Source: a virus
Lineage: Duplodnaviria; Heunggongvirae; Uroviricota; Caudoviricetes
IMG/VR virus record: IMGVR_UViG_2734482587_000013
DNA length: 34,061 nucleotides
Direction: 5' to 3' (one strand)
Shown piece by piece: positions 15,968 to 25,438 of this stretch (within the stretch, counting starts at the first letter, position 1; every line of letters starts with the position of its first letter). The position numbers and the translations under genes are program-made. The notes below the pieces were generated by a model. It made no database searches, had not been told where the DNA came from, and saw only the letters and a list, made by a program, of their open reading frames with translations.

Positions 15968-17020
15968 ATGAAAAATACTGTAAAAATAAACAGTGTTGAT
16001 TTAATCAACGCTGATTGCCTGCATTTTATTCAGTCCCTGCCTGATGATTCCATTGACCTGATTGTTACCGATCCGCCTTACTTCAAGGTGAAACCCAACG
16101 GTTGGGACAATCAGTGGAAAGGGGACGAAGATTACCTTAAGTGGCTGGACCACTGTCTGGCCCAGTTCTGGCGGGTGTTAAAACCTGCCGGAAGCCTTTA
16201 CCTGTTCTGTGGGCATCGTCTGGCATCTGATATTGAGATCATGATGCGTGAACGTTTCAACGTGCTTAACCATATCATCTGGGCGAAGCCGTCCGGACGT
16301 TGGAATGGGTGTAATAAAGAAAGTCTGCGCGCATATTTTCCTGCCACAGAGCGCGTTCTGTTTGCTGAACATTACCAGGGGCCATATCGCGGCAAAAGTG
16401 ACGGCTATGCGGCAAAAGAAAGGGAACTCAAACAGCACATAATGGCACCGCTGATATCGTATTTCAGGGATGCTCGTGCCGAACTGGGTATAACGGCAAA
16501 ACAAATTGCCGAAGCCACAGGTAAGAAAAATATGGTTTCCCACTGGTTTGGTGCCAGTCAGTGGCAGTTGCCGAATGAGGCTGACTATCGGAAGTTACAG
16601 GCACTGTTTTCCCGTATAGCGGCAGAGAAGTTTCAGGAACAACAACTGGAACAACCACACCACCAGCTGGTGGCATCTTATGATTCACTGAATCGCAAAT
16701 ATTCTGAATTGCTGGATGAGTTTAAATCTCTCCGGCGCTATTTCTCCGTATCAGTCTCCGTGCCTTATACCGATGTCTGGATGCATAAACCCGTTCAGTT
16801 CTACCCGGGTAAACATCCGTGTGAGAAACCTGCGGATATGCTCCGGCAAATAATCAATGCCAGTAGTCGACCTGGTGATCTGGTTGCTGATTTTTTTATG
16901 GGATCCGGTTCCACAATAAAAGCAGCAATGGCGCTGGGGCGTCGGGCCTTAGGTGTTGAGCTTGAGTCAGAGCGGTTTAACCAGACAGTGAAAGAGATAA
17001 ACGAGCTGGTGGGGAAATAA
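15968..17020 (+). CDS. Orphan DNA methyltransferase, N6_N4 amino-methyltransferase family (N6-adenine or N4-cytosine)
   Basis: Motif IV DPPYF near the N-terminus and the AdoMet-binding FxGxG motif (DFFMGSGST) near the C-terminus, with a long insertion (about 200 aa) between them. No restriction endonuclease gene adjacent. Confidence 0.8.
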   Translation: MKNTVKINSVDLINADCLHFIQSLPDDSIDLIVTDPPYFKVKPNGWDNQWKGDEDYLKWLDHCLAQFWRVLKPAGSLYLFCGHRLASDIEIMMRERFNVLNHIIWAKPSGRWNGCNKESLRAYFPATERVLFAEHYQGPYRGKSDGYAAKERELKQHIMAPLISYFRDARAELGITAKQIAEATGKKNMVSHWFGASQWQLPNEADYRKLQALFSRIAAEKFQEQQLEQPHHQLVASYDSLNRKYSELLDEFKSLRRYFSVSVSVPYTDVWMHKPVQFYPGKHPCEKPADMLRQIINASSRPGDLVADFFMGSGSTIKAAMALGRRALGVELESERFNQTVKEINELVGK

Positions 17021-17023
17021 TCT

Positions 17024-17051
17024 GGTGGCCACGTAGGTGGCCTTTTTATTT
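17024..17051 (+). terminator. Strong intrinsic terminator after the methyltransferase gene
   Basis: GGCCAC-GTAG-GTGGCC followed by TTTTTATTT. Confidence 0.7.
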
Positions 17052-17086
17052 CCATTACACAGCACCCGCATCTGCGAGGTGGGGTT

Positions 17087-17302
17087 ATGAAATCCATGGA
17101 TAAGTTAACAACGGGTGTCGCCTATGGCACCTCAGCAGGTAGTGCCGGGTACTGGTTTTTACAGTTGCTCGATAAAGTCACGCCCTCACAGTGGGCGGCA
17201 ATAGGTGTGCTGGGTAGTCTGGTATTTGGCTTGCTGACGTATCTGACAAACCTTTATTTCAAGATTAAAGAAGATAAGCGTAAGGCTGCGAGAGGTGAAT
17301 AA
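17087..17302 (+). CDS. S: Phage 21-type pinholin (S21-like), with dual-start motif
   Basis: [71 protein letters not shown] is near-identical in pattern to S21 holin as I recall it (71 aa; M1/M4 starts give antiholin and holin). Confidence 0.85.
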
Positions 17303-17492
17303 TGTCGCCATCATTACGCAAGGCTGTTGCTGCTGCTATTGGTGGTGGGGCTGTTGCCATAGCGTCTGTGCTCATCACTGGTCCGAGTGGTGACGATGGC
17401 CTGGAAGGTGTCAGCTACATACCATACAAAGATATCGTTGGCGTATGGACTGTATGTCACGGACACACCGGAAAAGACATCATGCTAGGTAA
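17302..17492 (+). CDS. R: SAR endolysin (R21-like lysozyme), 3' end lost in the sequence gap
   Basis: N-terminus [59 protein letters not shown]: signal-anchor-release domain followed by the start of the lysozyme catalytic region; runs into the N run at 17493. Confidence 0.8.
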
Positions 17493-17757
17493 NNNNNNNN
17501 NNNNNNNNNNNNNNNNNNNNNNNNNNNNNNNNNNNNNNNNNNNNNNNNNNNNNNNNNNNNNNNNNNNNNNNNNNNNNNNNNNNNNNNNNNNNNNNNNNNN
17601 NNNNNNNNNNNNNNNNNNNNNNNNNNNNNNNNNNNNNNNNNNNNNNNNNNNNNNNNNNNNNNNNNNNNNNNNNNNNNNNNNNNNNNNNNNNNNNNNNNNN
17701 NNNNNNNNNNNNNNNNNNNNNNNNNNNNNNNNNNNNNNNNNNNNNNNNNNNNNNNNN
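17493..17757. other. Assembly gap (265 N); no sequence information
   Basis: Continuous run of n; ORF-track entries across it translate as X and are artefacts. Confidence 0.99.
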
Positions 17758-18180
17758 ATCGTCTGCCTGTCGTGGGCGGTCAATCATTACCGTGATAACG
17801 CCATCGCCTACAAAGAACAGCGTGATAAAAAAGTCAGTGAGCTGAAGCAGGCGACCGCCACCATCGCTGACATGCAGCAGCGTCAGCGTGATGTTGCTGC
17901 GATCGATGCAAAATACACGAAGGAGTTAGCCGATGCGAAAACTGAAAATGAAACTCTGCACGCTGATGTTGCCGCTGGTCGTAAGCGCCTGCGGGTCAAT
18001 GCCAGTTGCTCCGCAGCCGTGCGTGAAGCCACCGGACCCACCAGCATGGATAATGCAACCAGCCCCCGACTGGCAGACACCGCTGAACGGGATTATTTCA
18101 CCCTCAGAGAACGGTTGATGACGATGCAGAAGCAACTGGAAGGGGCGCAGGAATATATCCGCACCCAGCGCATTAAGTAG
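17758..18180 (+). CDS. Rz: Spanin, inner membrane subunit Rz; 5' end lost in the gap
   Basis: ...[61 protein letters not shown]...[27 protein letters not shown] closely parallels lambda Rz as I recall it. Confidence 0.8.
   Translation: MVCLSWAVNHYRDNAIAYKEQRDKKVSELKQATATIADMQQRQRDVAAIDAKYTKELADAKTENETLHADVAAGRKRLRVNASCSAAVREATGPTSMDNATSPRLADTAERDYFTLRERLMTMQKQLEGAQEYIRTQRIK
17933..18118 (+). CDS. Rz1: Spanin, outer membrane lipoprotein subunit Rz1, embedded in the +1 frame of Rz
   Basis: [22 protein letters not shown]...[30 protein letters not shown]: lipobox plus Pro-rich region as in lambda Rz1; lies wholly inside Rz. Confidence 0.75.
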   Translation: MRKLKMKLCTLMLPLVVSACGSMPVAPQPCVKPPDPPAWIMQPAPDWQTPLNGIISPSENG

Positions 18181-18201
18181 CTGGAGAAAAAACACGAATC
18201 T

Positions 18202-18564
18202 GTGGTTTTTACTGAGCGCGGTGTACACGGTGGAACATATGGCGGGAAGTTTGTTGCTTATGATTATGCAGCATGGCTAAACCCCGGATTTAAATATGCA
18301 GCCTATAAAGTCCTGGATGACTACTTCACCGGAGAACTTCAGCATCGCAACAGCTTAAGTGCGCAGCTCAATATGAAGTGTCATGAGTTTGATCAGAAAA
18401 AAGATATGGCGAGCTTCTGTGGACAAGGGCTGGCGGCATGGCGCTATACGAAGCCAGTGTTGGTCGCTGAGATTAACTCCCTGGCTAACCAGCTGCAGAT
18501 AACGATCCCCGGGCTGTCCGGTATTTGCCGGTATGAAATTACCGGAAGGCGCGGTCGTTACTGA
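18202..18564 (+). pseudogene. KilA-N-like domain fragment, probably a 5'-truncated remnant
   Basis: GTYGGKFVAYDYAAWLNPGFKYAAYKVLDDYF matches only the C-terminal half of a KilA-N domain; ORF begins with GTG directly after Rz with no convincing SD. Confidence 0.35.
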
Positions 18565-18830
18565 GTAACAGCAGGCATTACAGCAGCCCTTCACTGAGGG
18601 GCTGCGATAATGTGAGGAATAAAAAACCGGCAGGGGAAATCCATTGAAGATTTGCCGGTGGCAAAAGATGGCCATGCTTTTAACCTTAGTAGCAGAGTTA
18701 CGGAGTTCAACAACGACCGTCGCCGTTATCTTGCTGAAAGGCGTTTCAATGATTTTCATCAATTTATTCATCAGCAATGGTGATAATCACTCTCATTTTG
18801 GCGGGTCCTTCCGGTGGGGTGGCCTGCCAC

Positions 18831-18848
18831 GGGGCGGGAGCGTCGCGG
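18831..18848 (+). other. Candidate cos site (cosN-like) upstream of the small terminase gene
   Basis: GGGGCGGGAGCGTCGCGG resembles lambda cosN (GGGGCGGCGACCTCGCGG as I recall it); an AT-rich stretch follows before the terminase gene. Confidence 0.4.
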
Positions 18849-19027
18849 AAAAAGGCTAGTTTTTGCATTTCCATGGCGGCGGCAGCATGTTAGGTAATTT
18901 ATTGATAATTAAAAGTTATTTCTCTTTTCACCTGTACAATATTTTTTTCTCCCTGTCATTAGACCAGTTTTCAATTAATTGAAATATATAAATAAACCTG
19001 ATTTTCACCTGCCAGATGGAGTTGCTT

Positions 19028-19564
19028 ATGTCAAATGTGAGCGGGATCGGTGATGCTTATTACTGGAGTGTTTTTAAAATCGCCGAGGCCTTTGGGCTTC
19101 ACCGGGACACAGTAAAAAAACGGCTCCTCGCGGCCAACACTCCTGTGGCAGCGACTGTCAGGGGGAACCCCGTTTACGCCCTGCAGCATGTCGGGCCTGC
19201 CCTGTTTAGTGTGAAGCATGAGGCAGCAGACTCTGTTCATGATCCATCCCGTATGGAGCCGAAAGAGAGAAAGGATTGGTACCAGTCTGAAAATGAAAGG
19301 ATCAAGCTGGAAAAGGAGCAGCGAAAACTCATCCCCGTTGATGAAGTAGTCATCGTCTATTCGTCCATGAGAAAGGCTGTCGTCCAGGTTCTGGAGACAA
19401 TTCCGGATGTTCTTGAACGCGATTGCGCCCTGACTCCTCAGGCCGTCGGCGTTGTACAGCAGGCCATTGATGACCTGCGATACACTCTTCAGGAAAAATC
19501 CTACGAGGCTTGTGCTGCTGAATTAATTCCTGATGAGGAAGGAGAGAGTCTCCAGGAGGAATAA
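19028..19564 (+). CDS. Terminase small subunit (Nu1-like, N-terminal HTH)
   Basis: Start at internal ATG 19028 preceded by GGAG with 6 nt spacing; HTH-like ...WSVFKIAEAFGLHRDTVKKRL...; size and position (after cos, before the large subunit) match Nu1. Confidence 0.65.
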   Translation: MSNVSGIGDAYYWSVFKIAEAFGLHRDTVKKRLLAANTPVAATVRGNPVYALQHVGPALFSVKHEAADSVHDPSRMEPKERKDWYQSENERIKLEKEQRKLIPVDEVVIVYSSMRKAVVQVLETIPDVLERDCALTPQAVGVVQQAIDDLRYTLQEKSYEACAAELIPDEEGESLQEE

Positions 19565-21663
19565 TGGGTTTTTCATCAGCCCGAAATTTGGGAAGGGACA
19601 TATCGGCAGGATTTTCCCCACCACGTCGCATGCCGATTTCGGAGGCTGTTAAAAAATTCATGCGTGTTCCCAAGGGGGCTGGTAACTCGGTGCCATGGGA
19701 TCCTGAACTGACACCCTACATCATTGAGCCCATGAACTGCCTGGCATCGCGTGAATACGATGCGGTGATTTTTGTTGGTCCTGCGCGAACAGGGAAGACC
19801 ATTGGTCTGATCGATGGATGGATTGTCTATACCATCGTTTGCGATCCTTCGGACATGCTCGTTGTGCAGATGACCGAAGATAAGGCCCGCGAGCATTCTA
19901 AAAAGCGCCTCGACAGAACGTTCAGAAGCAGTGCGGCGGTAAAGAAAAGAATGAGTCCACGTCGTAACGACAATAATGTTCATGATAAGACGTTCAGGGA
20001 TGGCTCGTTCCTTAAAATTGGTTGGCCCTCGGTCAACATTATGTCGTCGTCGGATTACCGGTTTGTCGCCTTAACCGATTACGACCGTTTTCCGGAGAAT
20101 ATCGACAGCGAGGGTGATGGTTTCTCCCTGGCCTCAAAACGTACCACCACATTTATGTCCGCCGGGATGACTCTGGTGGAGAGCTCGCCGGGACGTGACA
20201 TCTGCGACAGCAAATGGCGACGTAAGTCGCCTCATGAAGCGCCACCGACGACTGGTATTCTTTCCCTTTACAATCGTGGTGACCGCCGCCGCTGGTACTG
20301 GCCATGTCCGCACTGCGGTGAATATTTTCAGCCAGCCATGGATGCCATGACCGGCTACCGTAATGAACCGGATCCCTTTAAAGCCAGTGAGGCGGCGTAT
20401 CTACTTTGCCCGCACTGCAGCGGCATTATCACTGCGGAGAAAAAGCGTGAGCTCAATAGTGCAGGAGTCTGGTTGCGTGAAGGTCAGGTCATTGATCGTA
20501 ACGGCAACGTTTCCGGTGAACCGCGCCGCTCCCGTATCGCCAGTTTCTGGATGGAAGGGCCAGCTGCTGCGTATCAGACCTGGGCGCAACTGGTTTACAA
20601 ATTACTGACTGCAGAACAGGAGTATGAAGCGACAGGAAGCGAAGAAACACTCAGGGCGGTTATCAACACCGACTGGGGATTGCCTTATCTTCCTCGTGCC
20701 AGCATGGAGCAACGAAAAAGTGAACTGCTTGAGCAGCGGGCAGAGCCAGTTCCTTCCCGCAGTGTGCCGGATGGCGTTAATTTCCTTGTGGCGACAGTGG
20801 ATGTGCAGGCGGGACGTCATCGCCGTTTTGTGGTTCAGGTAACAGGCTATGGCAGTCGTGGCGAACGCTGGATTATTGATCGTTACAACATCACGCAGTC
20901 ATTGCGCAGTGACTGCGACGGGGAGAGCCAGCGAATTGATCCGGCCAGCTATCCGGAAGACTGGGATGTCCTGCTGACAGATGTTTTTCATAAAAGCTGG
21001 CCGCTGGCCTCCGATCCTTCTCAACAAATGCGACTTATGGCAATGGCGGTGGACTCCGGCGGTGAAGACGGGGTCACTGATAATGCCTATAAATTCTGGC
21101 GTCGTTGCCGTCGTGATGGCCTTGGTAAACGTATTTACCTGTTTAAGGGCGACAGCATCCGGCGCGCAAAACTGATCAGCCGTACATTCCCTGATAACAC
21201 CGGACGAACGGGCCGACGGGCGCAGGCCGCAGGTGATGTGCCGCTCTGGCTTCTTCAGACGGATGCCCTGAAAGACCGGGTGAATAACGCGTTATGGCGT
21301 AACTCGCCAGGTCCTGGCTATGTGCATTTCCCTGACTGGCTGGGGAGCTGGTTTTACGACGAACTGACGTATGAAGAGCGGAGCAGTGACGGGAAATGGA
21401 GTAAGCCGGGTCGCGGTGCCAACGAAGCTTTTGACCTGATGGTGTATGCCGAGGCTCTGGTCATTCTGCATGGATACGAAAAGATCCGCTGGCCGGATGC
21501 ACCGGAGTGGGCGAGCCGGGAAACCTGGCTGGAGTGTGTCCCGGACAGTACCGAACCGTCACCCTCACCGGAACCGGTATCCACGCCTGTTAAAAAACAA
21601 AAACGGAAGAAAACAGTAACTGACGATGTTAACCCCTGGCTGACTTCCGGAGGATGGTTATGA
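19564..21663 (+). CDS. A: Terminase large subunit (lambda gpA-like)
   Basis: 699 aa; Walker A-like GPARTGKT; segments ...YWPCPHCGEYFQPAMD... and ...VATVDVQAGRHRRFVVQVTGYGSRGERWIIDRY... parallel lambda gpA; TAATG overlap with the small subunit gene. Confidence 0.85.
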   Translation: MGFSSARNLGRDISAGFSPPRRMPISEAVKKFMRVPKGAGNSVPWDPELTPYIIEPMNCLASREYDAVIFVGPARTGKTIGLIDGWIVYTIVCDPSDMLVVQMTEDKAREHSKKRLDRTFRSSAAVKKRMSPRRNDNNVHDKTFRDGSFLKIGWPSVNIMSSSDYRFVALTDYDRFPENIDSEGDGFSLASKRTTTFMSAGMTLVESSPGRDICDSKWRRKSPHEAPPTTGILSLYNRGDRRRWYWPCPHCGEYFQPAMDAMTGYRNEPDPFKASEAAYLLCPHCSGIITAEKKRELNSAGVWLREGQVIDRNGNVSGEPRRSRIASFWMEGPAAAYQTWAQLVYKLLTAEQEYEATGSEETLRAVINTDWGLPYLPRASMEQRKSELLEQRAEPVPSRSVPDGVNFLVATVDVQAGRHRRFVVQVTGYGSRGERWIIDRYNITQSLRSDCDGESQRIDPASYPEDWDVLLTDVFHKSWPLASDPSQQMRLMAMAVDSGGEDGVTDNAYKFWRRCRRDGLGKRIYLFKGDSIRRAKLISRTFPDNTGRTGRRAQAAGDVPLWLLQTDALKDRVNNALWRNSPGPGYVHFPDWLGSWFYDELTYEERSSDGKWSKPGRGANEAFDLMVYAEALVILHGYEKIRWPDAPEWASRETWLECVPDSTEPSPSPEPVSTPVKKQKRKKTVTDDVNPWLTSGGWL

Positions 21664-21872
21664 ATCAGAATGATATTGAAGCCATGATTCAGCGTTATAC
21701 GGAAGCTGAAATGGCGGTGCTGGACGGAAAATCCGTCACTTTTAATGGTCAGCAGATGACCATGGAAAACTTATCTGAGATCCGGCAGGGGCGGCAGGAG
21801 TGGGAGCGCCGCCTTGCGGCTCTGATTACACGACGACGTGGGCATCCCGGGTACCGGCTGGCGAGGTTCTGA
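21660..21872 (+). CDS. W: Head-tail joining protein W-like
   Basis: 70 aa; ATG overlaps the terminase stop (ATGA) with GGAGG upstream; ends ...RRRGHPGYRLARF similar to the lambda gpW C-terminus; position before the portal gene. Confidence 0.6.
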   Translation: MNQNDIEAMIQRYTEAEMAVLDGKSVTFNGQQMTMENLSEIRQGRQEWERRLAALITRRRGHPGYRLARF

Positions 21873-23347
21873 TGGCAATTCTTGATGATGTGATTGGCGT
21901 TTTTTCACCAGGATGGAAAGCGGCAAGGCTGCGTTCCCGTGCGGTGATCCAGGCTTATGAGGCCGTAAAAACGACGCGGACACACAAAGCCCGACGGGAG
22001 AACCGAACTGCCGACCAGTTAAGCCAGTACGGGGCCGTGTCGTTACGTGAGCAGGCCCGTTACCTTGATAACAACCACGATCTGGTCATTGGTGTATTTG
22101 ACAAGCTGGAAGAACGGGTGGTGGGGAAAAACGGGATTATTGTCGAGCCACATCCGGTATTACGCAATGGGGCCATTGCCCGTGATCTGGCAGCGGAGAT
22201 ACGTACCCGATGGAGTGAATGGTCTGTCAGTCCGGAGGTCACCGGGCAGTTTACCCGTCCGATGCTGGAACGTCTGATGCTGCGTACCTGGCTGCGCGAT
22301 GGTGAGGTGTTTGCCCAGATGGTTTCCGGGCGCATAAACAGCCTGACGCCTTCTGCCGGTGTTCATTTCTGGCTGGAGGCGCTCGAGCCGGACTTTATTC
22401 CCATGACCAGTGATGAGAGTAACAGGCTGAATCAGGGCGTGTTTGTTGATGACTGGGGGCGTCCCGAAAAATATCTGGTGTATAAAAGTCGTCCTGTATC
22501 CGGACGGCAGATGGAAACCAAAGAAGTGGATGCAGAGCGAATGCTGCATCTTAAATTTGTTCGCCGTCTGCACCAGATGCGCGGGACGTCTTTATTGTCC
22601 GGTGTGCTGATCCGCCTCAGCGCCCTGAAAGAGTATGAAGATTCTGAGCTGACTGCAGCAAGGGTCGCCGCTGCTCTGGGGATGTACATCCGCAAAGGCG
22701 ACGGACAGAGCTATGAAACGGATGGTAATTACAGCAAGGAGAATGAACGCGAGCTTACCATTCAGCCAGGCATTATTTACGACGATCTGAAACCCGGCGA
22801 AGAAATCGGAATGGTGAAGTCGGATCGCCCAAATCCTAACCTTGAAACTTTTCGTAATGCTCAGTTGCGTGCCGTGGCGGCGGGCAGTCGTCTGAGTTTT
22901 TCCAGTACAGCGCGCAACTATAACGGCACTTACAGCGCCCAGCGTCAGGAGCTGGTTGAATCCACTGATGGCTACCTGATCCTGCAGGACTGGTTTATTG
23001 GTGCCGTCACCCGCCCGATGTATCGTGCCTGGCTGAAACAGGCTGTGGCATCCGGTGTTATCAGGCTACCCCGCGATCTTGACCGTTCTTCACTGTATAC
23101 CGCGGTGTATTCCGGACCGGTGATGCCGTGGATTGATCCTGTTAAGGAGGCTGAGGCCTGGAAAATCCAGATTCGTGGTGGAGCGGCGACAGAATCAGAC
23201 TGGGTACGTGCAGGTGGTCGTAATCCGGATGATGTCAAACGTCGGCGCAAGGCCGAAATTGATGAAAACCGCAAGCTGGACCTGGTATTTGATACCGATC
23301 CGGCCAGTGATAAAGGAGGCAGCAGTGCCGCAACGAAACGACAGTAG
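21872..23347 (+). CDS. B: Portal protein (lambda gpB-like)
   Basis: About 491 aa from the internal ATG at 21872 (TGATG overlap with W); position and size typical of a lambda-type portal. Confidence 0.75.
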   Translation: MAILDDVIGVFSPGWKAARLRSRAVIQAYEAVKTTRTHKARRENRTADQLSQYGAVSLREQARYLDNNHDLVIGVFDKLEERVVGKNGIIVEPHPVLRNGAIARDLAAEIRTRWSEWSVSPEVTGQFTRPMLERLMLRTWLRDGEVFAQMVSGRINSLTPSAGVHFWLEALEPDFIPMTSDESNRLNQGVFVDDWGRPEKYLVYKSRPVSGRQMETKEVDAERMLHLKFVRRLHQMRGTSLLSGVLIRLSALKEYEDSELTAARVAAALGMYIRKGDGQSYETDGNYSKENERELTIQPGIIYDDLKPGEEIGMVKSDRPNPNLETFRNAQLRAVAAGSRLSFSSTARNYNGTYSAQRQELVESTDGYLILQDWFIGAVTRPMYRAWLKQAVASGVIRLPRDLDRSSLYTAVYSGPVMPWIDPVKEAEAWKIQIRGGAATESDWVRAGGRNPDDVKRRRKAEIDENRKLDLVFDTDPASDKGGSSAATKRQ

Positions 23348-25352
23348 CCGCAGTACACCGACGACCAGTCCGAAGAATAATTCCTGGTTCAGGATGCAGG
23401 CTGGTCACCAGAGTGACGCGGATATTTATATTTATGACGAGATTGGTTTCTGGGGTGTTACAGCGAAGCAGTTTATCAGTGATCTGAATGCACTGGGCGA
23501 TATCACCCACATTAATCTCCATATCAATTCACCGGGTGGCGATGTCTTTGAAGGCATCGCCATTTTTAATGCGCTGAAAACACATGGTGCGTCCATTACC
23601 GTTTATGTCGACGGTGTGGCGGCATCAATGGCGTCGGTCATTGCGATGGTGGGAAACCCGGTCATTATGCCGGAAAACACCTTCATGATGATTCATAAAC
23701 CATTTGGCTTTACGGGCGGTGATGCGGAGGACATGCGCACCTATGCCGACCTGCTCGATAAAGTTGAGGCGGTTCTGTTACCCGCTTATGCACAGAAAAC
23801 CGGGAAAACCACCGATGAAATTGCTGCCATGCTGGCGGATGAGACCTGGATGTCCGGTGCCGAATGTCTGGCACAGGGATTTGCTGATCAGGTGACGCCA
23901 GCCGTTAAGGCAATGGCATGTATTCAGTCAAAACGTACAGAGGAATTTAAAAAGATGCCGGAATCCATTCGAAACATGATTACTCCGCCACGCAACAGTG
24001 CTCCACGCGTACAGGATAATGAACCTGCAGCTTCCCGGACGCCAGTGCAGGCAGCAGCACCCGTGGTGGATGAAAACAGTATCCGTGCGCAGGTACTGGC
24101 AGAGCAAAAAGCGCGTGTAAACGGTATTAATGATCTGTTTGCCATGTTTGGCGGGCGTTATCAGACGCTGCAGGCTCAGTGTCTTGCCGATCCTGAATGT
24201 TCGCTGGAGCAGGCCCGCGAAAAGCTGTTGAACGAGATGGGGCGCGAGTCCACGCCATCCAATAAAAATACCCCGGCTCATATTTATGCCGGTAACGGTA
24301 ATTTTGTGGGGGACGGGATCCGCCAGGCGCTGATGGCGCGTGCCGGATTTGAAAAAACCGAACGTGATAATGTCTACAACGGGATGACCCTGCGTGAATA
24401 TGCCCGTATGTCACTGACTGAACGGGGTATTGGGGTTTCCAGTTATAACCCGATGCAGATGGTCGGTGCGGCGTTCACACACAGTACGTCTGACTTCGGT
24501 AATATTCTGCTGGATGTTGCGAACAAAGCCATTCTGCAGGGCTGGGAAGATGCCCCTGAAACCTATGAACAGTGGACGCGGAAAGGTCAGTTGTCTGATT
24601 TTAAAATTGCCCATCGTGTGGGTATGGGGGGCTTCAGTGCTCTGCGTCAGGTGCGTGAAGGGGCGGAATATAAATACGTCACCACCGGAGATAAACAGGC
24701 CACTATTGCACTGGCGACCTATGGCGAGCTGTTCAGTATCACCCGTCAGGCCATTATCAATGATGATCTGAATATGCTGACCGATGTCCCGATGAAACTG
24801 GGCCGTGCGGCGAAATCCACCATTGCCGATCTGGTTTATGCCATTCTGACGTCTAACCCGAAAATCTCCACAGATAATGTAAGTCTGTTCGATAAAGCGA
24901 AACATGCAAACGTACTGGAGAGCGCTGCAATGGACGTGGCATCGCTGGATAAAGCCCGCCAGTTGATGCGCGTTCAGAAAGAGGGTGAGCGTCATCTGAA
25001 TATTCGTCCTGCGTTCGTACTGGTACCGACGGCGATGGAGTCTGTTGCTAACCAGGTCATTCGCTCCTCAAGTGTCAAGGGGGCTGACATTAACGCCGGT
25101 ATTATTAACCCGGTGAAAGATTTTGCGACCGTTATTGCAGAGCCTCGTCTTGATGATAACAGCCAGACCACCTTCTACCTGGCTGCGTCCAAAGGCTCCG
25201 ATACGATTGAAGTGGCTTATCTCAACGGTGTGGATACGCCATATATTGATCAGATGGAGGGCTTCAGTGTGGATGGCGTGACAACGAAAGTGCGTATTGA
25301 CGCCGGTGTCGCGCCAGTTGATCACCGCGGTCTGGTGAAATGTACGGCGTAA
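23325..25352 (+). CDS. Prohead protease (ClpP/S49-like) fused with scaffold-like linker and major capsid protein
   Basis: One continuous ORF. N-terminal ClpP-like region ...DADIYIYDEIGFWGVTAKQF...INSPGGDVFEGIAIFNALK...; Ala/Gln-rich middle; C-terminal region of capsid-protein size. Preferred start GTG at 23325 preceded by AAGGAGG (alternative ATG at 23394). Confidence 0.7.
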   Translation: MPQRNDSSRSTPTTSPKNNSWFRMQAGHQSDADIYIYDEIGFWGVTAKQFISDLNALGDITHINLHINSPGGDVFEGIAIFNALKTHGASITVYVDGVAASMASVIAMVGNPVIMPENTFMMIHKPFGFTGGDAEDMRTYADLLDKVEAVLLPAYAQKTGKTTDEIAAMLADETWMSGAECLAQGFADQVTPAVKAMACIQSKRTEEFKKMPESIRNMITPPRNSAPRVQDNEPAASRTPVQAAAPVVDENSIRAQVLAEQKARVNGINDLFAMFGGRYQTLQAQCLADPECSLEQAREKLLNEMGRESTPSNKNTPAHIYAGNGNFVGDGIRQALMARAGFEKTERDNVYNGMTLREYARMSLTERGIGVSSYNPMQMVGAAFTHSTSDFGNILLDVANKAILQGWEDAPETYEQWTRKGQLSDFKIAHRVGMGGFSALRQVREGAEYKYVTTGDKQATIALATYGELFSITRQAIINDDLNMLTDVPMKLGRAAKSTIADLVYAILTSNPKISTDNVSLFDKAKHANVLESAAMDVASLDKARQLMRVQKEGERHLNIRPAFVLVPTAMESVANQVIRSSSVKGADINAGIINPVKDFATVIAEPRLDDNSQTTFYLAASKGSDTIEVAYLNGVDTPYIDQMEGFSVDGVTTKVRIDAGVAPVDHRGLVKCTA

Positions 25353-25372
25353 ACGTCGCAGACAACAACTCT

Positions 25373-25396
25373 GATGGCCCGTAAGGGCTTTTTTTG
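25373..25396 (+). terminator. Intrinsic terminator after the capsid gene
   Basis: GGCCC-GTAA-GGGC followed by TTTTTTT. Confidence 0.65.
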
Positions 25397-25438
25397 TACC
25401 TGAAATCAGCCCCTGAACGGGGCTGTGCGGAGACAGTT

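Noticed and set aside
17457-17787. ORF-track entries on the minus strand that translate mostly as X
   Set aside because: Artefacts of translating the N-run assembly gap.
18355-18777. 140-aa minus-strand ORF after the lysis genes, considered as a Bor-like lipoprotein
   Set aside because: Overlaps the KilA-N fragment in antisense; no signal peptide or lipobox; no resemblance to Bor.
19576-19983. 135-aa minus-strand ORF inside the large terminase gene
   Set aside because: Antisense overlap with a gene carrying clear terminase motifs; no SD.
24411-24995. 194-aa minus-strand ORF inside the capsid gene
   Set aside because: Antisense to a strongly supported structural gene; Gly/Arg/Phe-rich translation typical of a GC-rich antisense frame.
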